Part shown: one piece after another, positions 1 through 8,458 of the stretch
Position numbering within the stretch: the stretch's first letter is position 1
Layout of the letters: the number at the start of each line of letters is the position of its first letter
From: Bacteroidota bacterium
Lineage (GTDB): Bacteria > Bacteroidota > Bacteroidia > UKL13-3
Length of the DNA stretch: 64,000 nt
Assembly (NCBI GenBank): GCA_027482225.1
Contig: JAIXWD010000005.1
Location: 64,957 to 128,956, forward strand
Direction of reading: 5' to 3'
The notes under the pieces: generated by a model
What the model saw: only the letters and a program-made list of their open reading frames with translations
Databases searched by the model: none
Told to the model about the DNA's origin: nothing
Made by a program: the position numbers and the translations under genes

Positions 1-1
1 T

Positions 2-448
2 GCGGGAGGATCAATTCCTCCTAATGCAACTTTAATTTTTGAAGTGGAGTTAATTGACGTAAAAGAGCCAATTAAACCTTGGAATGTAAAAAGTACTGAT
101 ACCATAACAACAGCAAGCGGATTACAATATATTGTAGTTGAAAAATCGAGTAACCCTGAAGCAGTAAAAGCTGAAAATGGTAAAACTGTTGATGTGCATT
201 ACACAGGCTTTTTAATGGGTGGTAAAGTGTTTGATTCGTCTATAGAAAGAGGACAACCCATTAGTTTTGAGTTGGGACAAGGACGTGTAATTAAGGGATG
301 GGAAGAAGGCATTGCCTTAATGCATGTTGGTGATAAGTTACGTTTAATAATCCCATCAAACTTAGGTTACGGACCAAATGGCGCAGGCGGAGTTATTCCT
401 CCAAATGCTACGTTGTTGTTTGATGTAGAGTTGGTAAATGTCAAGTAA
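2..448 (+). CDS. FKBP-type peptidyl-prolyl cis-trans isomerase, 5'-truncated by the window edge. It contains the end of one FKBP domain plus a complete second FKBP domain.
   Basis: The frame is open from position 2. The sequence AGGSIPPNATLIFEVELIDV is the C-terminus of an FKBP domain. It is followed by a complete FKBP domain (VDVHYTGFL..GKVFDSS..RGQPISFELG..VIKGWEEG...IPPNATLLFDVELVNVK). The GTG at 44 called by the ORF track is internal. Confidence 0.8.
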   Translation, partial: AGGSIPPNATLIFEVELIDVKEPIKPWNVKSTDTITTASGLQYIVVEKSSNPEAVKAENGKTVDVHYTGFLMGGKVFDSSIERGQPISFELGQGRVIKGWEEGIALMHVGDKLRLIIPSNLGYGPNGAGGVIPPNATLLFDVELVNVK

Positions 449-513
449 TATATAAATACGAAACGTAGTTCATCGGAGATAAATTCAAAACTCGAAACTC
501 GAAATTTAATAGA

Positions 514-555
514 GCAATCGGCCGTTCAGCAAAAGTTGAATGGCCGATTTTTTTA
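514..555 (+). terminator. Rho-independent terminator downstream of the first FKBP gene
   Basis: Hairpin AATCGGCCGTTCAGC...GTTGAATGGCCGATT followed by TTTTTTT (548-555). Confidence 0.55.
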
Positions 556-646
556 ATGAATAATCCCTCATATTTTTTACCACTAGGAACAAAAAGTTTT
601 TACAGGAAATACACGAGTATAAGTCTATTACAAAAGCTACGGAATT

Positions 647-704
647 ACACAGAGAACTACAGCGGCAGCTGTGTTACTAAGCATTGTGCCTTTGTGTCTC
701 TGTG
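647..704 (+). promoter_or_regulatory. Nested inverted repeats in the leader region of the second FKBP gene, with a TAnnTTTG-like -7 element at 735-742
   Basis: ACACAGAGA (647-655) pairs with TCTCTGTG (697-704). An inner hairpin ACAGC-GGCA-GCTGT lies at 659-672. TATATTTG at 735-742 sits just upstream of the ATG at 748, matching the Bacteroidetes -7 consensus. Confidence 0.3.
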
Positions 705-747
705 GTTCAACCCTATACCTTTGTTAACATTTCTATATATTTGAATC

Positions 748-1206
748 ATGAAAAACATATCACTTGCATGTATGGCTTTATTTATAGTTGCGATTATTAC
801 CCAAAGTTGTAATCAACAACCTAAAATAATAAACACCATGCCCTGGGACATCAAAACAACTGATACCATAACTACCGAAAGTGGTTTAAAATATTTAGTG
901 GTTAAAAAAAGTAACAACCCTACCAAAGCAGAAAAAGGCATGATGGTAGATGTACACTACACCGGGTTTTTAACTGATGGAAAAGTATTTGATTCATCAA
1001 TTGAAAGAGGGAACCCCATTAGTTTTGAATTAGGAACAGGAAGTGTAATTAAAGGTTGGGATGAAGGTATTGCGTTGATGAACATTGGCGATAAATACCG
1101 TTTAATTATTCCTGCTGATTTAGGCTACGGTACAAACGGTGCCGGAAGTGATATTCCTCCTAATGCCACCTTGTTGTTTGATGTGGAGTTGGTGAATGTG
1201 AGGTAA
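748..1206 (+). CDS. FKBP-type peptidyl-prolyl cis-trans isomerase, predicted lipoprotein
   Basis: Signal peptide with lipobox (..IITQSC). The FKBP domain is about 75% identical to the C-terminal domain of the upstream gene (VDVHYTGFLTDGKVFDSSIERGNPISFELG, IPPNATLLFDVELVNV). Confidence 0.9.
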   Translation: MKNISLACMALFIVAIITQSCNQQPKIINTMPWDIKTTDTITTESGLKYLVVKKSNNPTKAEKGMMVDVHYTGFLTDGKVFDSSIERGNPISFELGTGSVIKGWDEGIALMNIGDKYRLIIPADLGYGTNGAGSDIPPNATLLFDVELVNVR

Positions 1207-2114
1207 AATGCTTAGTAAAATTCGAAACGTAGTCTAGCGAAGATAAATCCAAAGCACGAAATTCGAAATCCGAAACGTAGTTCAACAGAGCTAATTTTGA
1301 AGTTTTAACTTTTGAACGCAAAAGACGCTTCAAGTGTCACGATTGCAAATCGGGATGTATCGAGAAGTGGATTGTTAAAATTAATTTATTATCTAAACTC
1401 CTACTCTCGATATTCGCGCCAAGCACTGCCTATGCAAAGCGAACTCGAGCAGGCTTATACTTTGCGAAGCAAACTCCTTTAATCAGAAGCGGTATACTTT
1501 GCCCTCTATTTACCTGACAGACGCTACGGTCTGCAGTGGTAGTCTTCAGTAAAAAAAATAAACTATTTAATAAAGAAACGAAGTTCAGCTTAACTAATTT
1601 CAAATGTTGAAGTTTTGATATTCGTTGTGTAATGAATAAACCAAATTAGATTAATAATCTTAAAGCAATGTAAATGATTTAACGCAGAGTTTTGCAAATA
1701 ATCTTGCGAGGATTTGAGCATTGTTAATTTCAGATTTTGAGATACGCAGTGCAATGCCTGCGGCATTGGGGAGGAATTAACTTAAATATGATAATCAACG
1801 TTTGAACATATCAGCCTCTTCGAGTTCGTAGCAAAGCGAAGAGTATCGAGAAGTGGATTTTTAAAATTTATTCTTTGTTCTATACTCCCCATTTAGCTGC
1901 GCTGAACTTCGTTTCGATACAAGCACTAACGCAATGGCAACTCAAGGTTCACTCGATGAGGCTGTATATTAGTTGAACTGCATTTTTAAATATCGAAACG
2001 AAGTTCAGCGGAGCTAATGATGAATTTTGAAGTATTGATTTACTTGATAGGATAAATAAATCCACACCAATAAATCACTTCAAACCATGAACCCAACAAA
2101 CCTACTTTCCCATA
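1207..2114. repeat. ORF-free intergenic region with two families of short dispersed repeats
   Basis: Family 1 has the core CGAAACG[T/A]AGTTCAnC[G/A]GAG..GCTAAT..TTGAAGT. Copies lie at 459, 1223, 1264, 1577 and 1994 on the + strand, with an inverted partial copy at 1900-1917. Family 2 is about 120 bp and begins GTATCGAGAAGTGGATT; copies lie at 1355-1480 and 1842-1975. There is no ORF of 60 aa or more in any frame. Confidence 0.55.
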
Positions 2115-3509
2115 CTAATTCGCCTTAGCCAACGTGCTTATGTAATTCAAACCCCCACGCTCTTTTATTTTACCAAAACCACCCCATACATTTTTTACAT
2201 TTTTAACGCCATGTGCCTTTAAATAACTTACGGCAATCATGCTGCGGTAGCCACCTGCACAATGCACTAAGTATTCTTTAGTTGGGTCGAGTGCTTTGGT
2301 ATTTTCAACAATTTTATCCAAAGAAAAATGCTGTGCTTTATCCACGTGAAGGTCGTTAAACTCGCCTGGCTTGCGGACATCTAACACACCTACTTCACTG
2401 TGTTTTACATCTAACACAAACTCTTCGTCATCAATAGAAATTACCATATCGTAACGTTTATCCGCATCTGTCCATGCTTCAAAACCACCTTGTAAGTAAC
2501 CTTCAATTTTATCAAAACCCACACGTGTTAAACGCTCAATACTCTCCTGCTCTTTACCTGCATCGGTAACCAAAACAATTGGCGTTGAAATATCTAAAAT
2601 AGTTGCAGCCCAAATGGCGTATTGTCCGTTTAAACCAAAGTTTAACGAACGTGGAACAAAACCCAATTCAAACACATCAGGAATACGTGTATCAATAATC
2701 GTTGCACCATTTTTTACTACTTCTTCAAATGCCTGTATACTTAATGCTTTCATGCCATGAGTCAATACTTCATCAAACGAAGCATAGCCTTGTTTGTTTA
2801 ATTTAGCATCTTTAAAAAAGTAAGCCGGTGCAGGTTGAATACCATCGGTAACTGTATTAATAAAATCGGCTTTACTCATGGGTTGTAAGGCATAGTTATT
2901 AGCACGTTGCTCGCCAATGCTACTAAAAGTTTCTTTACCAATATTTTTTCCGCAAGCACTGCCTGCACCATGTGCAGGGTAAACAATAACTTCATCGGCT
3001 AATGGTAATAATTTCTTGTGTAATGAGTCGTACATCATACCAGCCAATTCTTCTTTGGTAATTACACCATCCAATAAATCTGGTCGCCCAACATCGCCAA
3101 CAAATAAAGTATCTCCGGTAAACACACAATGGTCTTTACCGTTTTCGTCTTGTAACAAAAAGCAACTGCTTTCGGGTGTATGTCCGGGAGTATGCAAAAC
3201 CTTAATGGCCAATTTACCCAATATTAGCAGCTCACCATCAGTGGCTACTTGCACCGGGTAATTGGTTTGTGTTGTAGGACCATACACAATTTTAGCTCCT
3301 GTTTTGTTGGCCAAATCAATATGACCGCTTACAAAATCGGCATGAAAATGTGTTTCGAAAATATACTTAATTTTAGCACCACGCTCGTTGGCCATCGCCA
3401 GATAAGCTTCGTAATCTCTTAATGGATCTATAATAGCGGCTTCGCCATCGCTTTCAATATAATAAGCGGCTTGCGCCAAACAGCTAGTATATAATTGTTG
3501 AATGTACAT
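2115..3509 (-). CDS. MBL-fold metallo-hydrolase fused to tandem rhodanese domains (persulfide dioxygenase-sulfurtransferase-like)
   Basis: The N-terminal beta-lactamase-fold motif HFHADFVSGH and the downstream His/Asp ligands are present. Two C-terminal rhodanese domains follow. The first lacks the catalytic Cys. The second carries the active-site loop HCAGGYRS. Confidence 0.8.
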   Translation of the reverse strand: MYIQQLYTSCLAQAAYYIESDGEAAIIDPLRDYEAYLAMANERGAKIKYIFETHFHADFVSGHIDLANKTGAKIVYGPTTQTNYPVQVATDGELLILGKLAIKVLHTPGHTPESSCFLLQDENGKDHCVFTGDTLFVGDVGRPDLLDGVITKEELAGMMYDSLHKKLLPLADEVIVYPAHGAGSACGKNIGKETFSSIGEQRANNYALQPMSKADFINTVTDGIQPAPAYFFKDAKLNKQGYASFDEVLTHGMKALSIQAFEEVVKNGATIIDTRIPDVFELGFVPRSLNFGLNGQYAIWAATILDISTPIVLVTDAGKEQESIERLTRVGFDKIEGYLQGGFEAWTDADKRYDMVISIDDEEFVLDVKHSEVGVLDVRKPGEFNDLHVDKAQHFSLDKIVENTKALDPTKEYLVHCAGGYRSMIAVSYLKAHGVKNVKNVWGGFGKIKERGGLNYISTLAKAN

Positions 3510-3787
3510 GGTAGTAAATTTTATAAGAGCAAAGTTGCACTTTTAATGGAATTATTCAATACAAAGAAGGAAGAGGGTTTGAGATTGTGGGGGGAAATAG
3601 ATCTAGGTAACCCATATTAAATTTGGTGTGGTATATTTCAGAAGCACTGACCGAACAATACGTTTAACCCAATCAACATAAGAAATAATGAATTGATTAA
3701 TTTGAGTTTCACCACAAACCTACCCACAACAAAATTTGCTGAATAGCTCTAAATAGTGCAAATTGCAGACGCATTTTTACAAATCAC

Positions 3788-4495
3788 ATGAAATACAAAA
3801 GAGTTCTCTTAAAATTAAGTGGCGAAGCATTGATGGGTTCGCAGCAATATGGTATTGATCCTAAAATATTAGAACTATATGCTGCTGATATTAAGCAAGT
3901 AACCGACCAAGGTGTACAAGTAGCCATTGTTATTGGCGGAGGAAATATTTTTAGAGGTGTGCAAGGTGTTTCGGGTGGTATTGTTGATAGGGCGCAAGGC
4001 GATTACATGGGCATGTTGGCTACCGTAATTAATGCCATGGCTTTACAAGGTGCATTGGAAAAAGCGGGTATTAAAACCCGTTTGCAAAGTGCCATTAAAA
4101 TGGAGCAAATTTGTGAACCATTTATTCGCAGACGTGCCATGCGTCACCTAGAAAAAGGTCGCGTAGTAATTTTTGGTGCTGGTACCGGTAACCCTTATTT
4201 TACTACCGATAGTGCTGCAAGTTTACGTGCGGTTGAAATTGAAGCAAACCTGGTTTTAAAAGGTACACGTGTAGATGGTATTTACACTGCCGACCCAGAG
4301 AAAGATGCCACAGCAACTCGTTACGAAAAGGTAAGTTACAGTGAAGTTTACGAAAAAGGTTTAAACGTAATGGACTTAACAGCTATTACTTTATGCCAAG
4401 AAAATAAGTTACCAATTGTGGTGTTCGACATGAACAAAGAAGGAAACTTTTTAAGGGTTTGTGCCGGTGAAAGTGTTGGTACTTTAGTGAGTTAA
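3788..4495 (+). CDS. pyrH: UMP kinase
   Basis: [23 protein letters not shown], and conserved synteny with frr immediately downstream. Confidence 0.95.
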   Translation: MKYKRVLLKLSGEALMGSQQYGIDPKILELYAADIKQVTDQGVQVAIVIGGGNIFRGVQGVSGGIVDRAQGDYMGMLATVINAMALQGALEKAGIKTRLQSAIKMEQICEPFIRRRAMRHLEKGRVVIFGAGTGNPYFTTDSAASLRAVEIEANLVLKGTRVDGIYTADPEKDATATRYEKVSYSEVYEKGLNVMDLTAITLCQENKLPIVVFDMNKEGNFLRVCAGESVGTLVS

Positions 4496-4519
4496 TAATA
4501 AAATTTAATTTTTTTTGAT

Positions 4520-5086
4520 ATGAGCGATCCACGTTTAAAACAAGTACTTGATCATTTAAAAGAAGGTATGGACAAAGCAATTGACCATGCCGCAAGTGAA
4601 TTTAGTAAAATACGTGCCGGTAAGGCACACCCAAGTATGCTTGATGCTGTTAAGGTTGATTACTACGGTAGTTTAGTTCCTTTAAGCCAAGTAGCCAATG
4701 TGAATACACCTGATGCTAAAACTTTGGCTATTCAGCCTTGGGAAAAAAGCATGTTACAAGCCATCGAAAAAGGAATTATTATTTCTAACTTAGGTTTTAA
4801 CCCAAGCAATGATGGTACCATGATTCGTTGTATTTTACCTCCTTTAACTGAAGAGCGTAGAAGAGAAATTGTAAAAAAAGTAAAAGCCGAAGCCGAAAAC
4901 GCAAAAATTACAGGACGTAACTTACGTAAAGATGCCAACGAAAGCATTAAACGTTTACAAAAAGAAGGTTTACCTGAAGATGAAGCCAAAGTTGGCGAAA
5001 CTCAAGTACAAAAAAATACTGATGCCTATATCAAAAAAATTGATGAGCTAACTGCAGCTAAAGAAGCTGAAGTAATGCACGTTTAA
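4520..5086 (+). CDS. frr: Ribosome recycling factor
   Basis: 188 aa with an Frr-type sequence (KIRAGKAHPSMLD..VDYYG...RREIVK). Confidence 0.95.
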   Translation: MSDPRLKQVLDHLKEGMDKAIDHAASEFSKIRAGKAHPSMLDAVKVDYYGSLVPLSQVANVNTPDAKTLAIQPWEKSMLQAIEKGIIISNLGFNPSNDGTMIRCILPPLTEERRREIVKKVKAEAENAKITGRNLRKDANESIKRLQKEGLPEDEAKVGETQVQKNTDAYIKKIDELTAAKEAEVMHV

Positions 5087-5138
5087 TTTTTGTGGTTTTA
5101 TTTTTTCAACTAATTTTTAAAAAAATTATACACCTATA

Positions 5139-7160
5139 GTGATTGATTCACAACGTATAAAACGCATTCTTTTAACACTGGCTAAAATAGCCGGTGTTTT
5201 TTTGTTATTGGTAATAGTTGCTTTTTTTAGTTTCAGAAACATGCTTTTACAAAAAGCATTAACTAAAATAACCAATAAAGTAAAAACAGATTATGCCGCT
5301 ACTTTTAGTATAAAACAAGCTGAATTTACCGGTATTGCCAGTGTTAAACTTACTGATGTAAGCCTTGTTCCGGCTAACCACGACAGTATTCTACATATTG
5401 CCAGTATTGAAACTGGAATTAAATTGGCCTATGCGTTATTTTTAGATTTTAGGTTGGATGATTTGAAGGTGAATGATGGCTACCTTAATTTAGTAAGTGA
5501 TGAGCGCGGACGTAATTTCGATGCTTTTTTGCGCAGTAAAAATAATGATATTGAAAAGGAATCAGACAACAAACCATCAAGCAAAAACTTAGCAAAAAAG
5601 GCTTACCGACTTATAAGTAAAGTATTAAATTTTATACCTGCTGATTTAGGAATAAATAATGTTGCTTTAAAAATAGTTGACCACAAACAGCATGTATCTT
5701 TTAACATGCAACAGTTGGTTTTAAATGATGAGCAATTAGAATCGTTTATTAATGTAAGCAGTGCAAAAGACTCGCTAGTAAGCGAAACGTTTAATCAAAC
5801 ATGGCACATTAAAGGTACGGCAAACCCGCAGAAAAAAAAGGCTGATGTTCAGTTTTACAATAAGGATACCGGCCATGTAAAACTCCCTTATTTACAGGAT
5901 AAGTTTAACTTAGTAGCAGGTTTTGATAGCATTCGTCTTAAGCTGGATGAAGTTGATATAGACAATGATGTACTAAACATAAAAGGCCTTGCAAGTACAA
6001 CAAATTTTATGGTTAATCACCCCAAAATATCAAGCAAAGATGTGGTGATAGAAAAGGCTGAGTTTGATTATTTATTTGTATTAGGTAGTAATTTTATTTC
6101 GCTTGATAGTTCTTCAACCGTAAAGTTTAACAAGGTTAATTTCCATCCGTTTATTAAGTACCAACGCGGACCAGATACTACTTACCAGTTTAATGTAGTG
6201 ATTGAAAAAACATCGGCACAAGATTTTATTAGCTCTTTGCCAGAAGGTTTGTTTACGCACTTTAAAGGCATGGAAGCCGAAGGTACTTTTAGTTACCGCT
6301 TAGACTTTTTATATAACGAAAATAAACCACGTGATTTAGTTTTTGATAGCCAATTGGAAAAAGAAGGATTATGTATTACTAAATATGGTGAGGCCAACTT
6401 AAGTAAACTTAATGGCGATTTTGTATATAACGCCTTAGAAAAAGGCAGAATACAACGCAGCATTGATGTAAGTTATGATAACCCGAATTATGTTCCGCTA
6501 GAGCAAATTTCTCCGTTGCTTAAAAAGGCTGTTTTAACAACTGAAGATCCTTCGTTTTTTTACCACCGTGGTTTTATTGATGAAGCCTTTCGCCAATCCA
6601 TCATTAAAAATATTCGCAAACGTAAATTTGCCCGTGGTGCTAGTACCATTAGTATGCAGTTGGTTAAAAATGTATTCTTAACCAGAGAAAAAACGTTGTC
6701 GCGTAAGTTGGAAGAAATTTTATTGGTTTACATTTTAGAGAACAACCGACTAAGTAGCAAAGAGCGCATGTTTGAGGTGTACTTAAACATCATAGAGTGG
6801 GGACCAAATGTTTATGGAATTGGCGAAGCGACTCGTTTTTATTTTGGTAAATCACCATCAGAATTAACCTTGAGTGAAGCCATGTATTTAGCCATTATTA
6901 TACCAAGTCCTAAAAAATTTATGTGGCGTTTTGGAAAAGATGGGCAATTAAAAGACCATGTGGGTAGGCACTTCCTCTCGCTTGCAGGATTGATGATTAG
7001 ACGTAATGTGTTGATGCAGGAAGACACCATGGGTCTCACACATCACATTAGTATAAACGGACCGGCAAAGGGTTTTATAAAAATTACAGCAGATACTTTA
7101 GTTAACGACACTTTATTGTTTGATGAAAATGGTTTGATGTTGCCTGGTGAGGAGGAGTAA
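5139..7160 (+). CDS. Membrane-anchored protein with a C-terminal GT51 peptidoglycan transglycosylase domain and no transpeptidase domain
   Basis: An N-terminal TM helix is followed by a roughly 470-aa domain of unknown function. The C-terminus carries GT51 motifs (EDPSFFYHRGFID, GASTISMQLVKN, RKLEE). The start is GTG at 5139, so the true start is uncertain. Confidence 0.7.
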   Translation: MIDSQRIKRILLTLAKIAGVFLLLVIVAFFSFRNMLLQKALTKITNKVKTDYAATFSIKQAEFTGIASVKLTDVSLVPANHDSILHIASIETGIKLAYALFLDFRLDDLKVNDGYLNLVSDERGRNFDAFLRSKNNDIEKESDNKPSSKNLAKKAYRLISKVLNFIPADLGINNVALKIVDHKQHVSFNMQQLVLNDEQLESFINVSSAKDSLVSETFNQTWHIKGTANPQKKKADVQFYNKDTGHVKLPYLQDKFNLVAGFDSIRLKLDEVDIDNDVLNIKGLASTTNFMVNHPKISSKDVVIEKAEFDYLFVLGSNFISLDSSSTVKFNKVNFHPFIKYQRGPDTTYQFNVVIEKTSAQDFISSLPEGLFTHFKGMEAEGTFSYRLDFLYNENKPRDLVFDSQLEKEGLCITKYGEANLSKLNGDFVYNALEKGRIQRSIDVSYDNPNYVPLEQISPLLKKAVLTTEDPSFFYHRGFIDEAFRQSIIKNIRKRKFARGASTISMQLVKNVFLTREKTLSRKLEEILLVYILENNRLSSKERMFEVYLNIIEWGPNVYGIGEATRFYFGKSPSELTLSEAMYLAIIIPSPKKFMWRFGKDGQLKDHVGRHFLSLAGLMIRRNVLMQEDTMGLTHHISINGPAKGFIKITADTLVNDTLLFDENGLMLPGEEE

Positions 7161-7168
7161 TAACAAGT

Positions 7169-8458
7169 TTAATTAAGCCACTTATAGGCTATCCCAAATT
7201 TTAAATATACCATCCATACTTGTTGTGTTAAAAACATAACAATCATATAAAGACACAACAAGCTATATAATACTTTAGGTAAAATAGTTTTTTGTGTAAA
7301 AGCCATTTTTACTTTTTGCCACAGTATTGGTAAACCTATAGCAACTATTAATGCATACCAAATAGAAAAATGTTTGTTCACAAAAATATGGATAAAGCCA
7401 TGTTGAGCCATGCAGATGGTCCATGCAATAGAAGCAAAAAACAATGCCCAAAGTATTTGATATAATTTTTTGTTGGTGGCTCTTAATTCTTTCATCACCC
7501 AAAAAGCCAATATAAGAACAGCCCAACCTGGGAACATATAAAACCGCTCCATCCTGTTAAACCAACTAAAAGGTATTTGCCAATAATCGGCAGGGCCAAA
7601 TGCAGATTCAGCAATATTTTGCGCTGTTTCAGTTCCTGCGGTTCTAAAAAGAAAAGCATCTTTCATGTCTGTTAACGCCAAATCCCAACTGTTAAAGTAT
7701 ATCGCATTTTGGTATAAGTGCAGTATGAAACCAATTACAACAAAAGCTGCTGCTCCAACGGTTTCAATTGTAAATATTCGTTTCTTAAAAATAATTGAAA
7801 AGCCTAAGGTTAAAATTCCAAGGTAAACGGGTTGCTCAAAAGAAATATTAACCTGAATCAACATGATAAAAAACAGCGCAGCCAATAAACGTTTGTTATT
7901 GCATCCTTGCATAAAGTAAGTGTACAATAAATAAAAATAAATCCATTTTAACAGCTCGCCATACAAATGTTGATGTAGGTTATCGGCCCAAGTTAAAAAG
8001 TAAGAGGCCAATAAAATACTTGCTGCACCTAATAAAGTTTGTATTCTGTTTTGGGTAATTTGATATATCACAAAAAAAATAAACACAAAAAATAACACTG
8101 CTATTAACAGTGGTACTAACCTAAGCACAGGCTCGTAAACAGTACCAAACATGTTGGCATAAAAACCAGCTAAAATATTGGGCAATGACGGATAGTGTGT
8201 GTATGCGTTTGTACCTTTTAGCTCAGGATAATAATCGTGTACGGGTAAAAATGCTGTTTGTGTAAAACCACTATCTAGAAAATATTTTGCTGATGAAATG
8301 GTATTGATATCGCTATAGCCATCACCATAAACTGAACTGCGTGCTTTATTACCATCAAACACAGAAACTGTAAAAGTACGTGTTACCAAAATGGTAAAAC
8401 AGAAAATGAATATAACCCATTTCCAAGTATTAAACTGCTTAAGCGAAAGATCTTTCAT
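7169..8458 (-). CDS. Polytopic inner-membrane protein of unknown function, probably operonic with the upstream GT9 gene
   Basis: 429 aa with at least 10 hydrophobic segments. It overlaps the upstream GT9 gene by 20 bp. Confidence 0.5.
   Translation of the reverse strand: MKDLSLKQFNTWKWVIFIFCFTILVTRTFTVSVFDGNKARSSVYGDGYSDINTISSAKYFLDSGFTQTAFLPVHDYYPELKGTNAYTHYPSLPNILAGFYANMFGTVYEPVLRLVPLLIAVLFFVFIFFVIYQITQNRIQTLLGAASILLASYFLTWADNLHQHLYGELLKWIYFYLLYTYFMQGCNNKRLLAALFFIMLIQVNISFEQPVYLGILTLGFSIIFKKRIFTIETVGAAAFVVIGFILHLYQNAIYFNSWDLALTDMKDAFLFRTAGTETAQNIAESAFGPADYWQIPFSWFNRMERFYMFPGWAVLILAFWVMKELRATNKKLYQILWALFFASIAWTICMAQHGFIHIFVNKHFSIWYALIVAIGLPILWQKVKMAFTQKTILPKVLYSLLCLYMIVMFLTQQVWMVYLKFGIAYKWLN

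Noticed and set aside
556-744. 62-aa ORF in the spacer between the two FKBP genes
   Set aside because: It lies across the terminator and the promoter/leader region of the downstream gene and shows no coding features. It is most likely non-coding.
1207-2114. Possibility that the repeat-rich gap is a CRISPR array or encodes tRNA, tmRNA, RNase P or SRP RNA
   Set aside because: The repeats are imperfect, of two different lengths, irregularly spaced and present in both orientations, so they are not CRISPR-like. I could not find the universal motifs of RNase P (GGAAAGTCCGG), tmRNA, SRP RNA or a tRNA T-arm by eye. A novel sRNA remains possible; see findings.
3016-3261. Antisense and short ORFs nested inside long genes (for example 3016-3261, 4386-4595, 15152-15679, 20310-20591, 26387-26740, 27314-27646, 31645-31959, 41319-41827, 43637-44241, 60172-60444)
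   Set aside because: Each lies wholly inside a well-supported longer CDS on the other strand or in another frame. They are typical spurious ORFs. None shows a signal peptide, a motif or an independent promoter.
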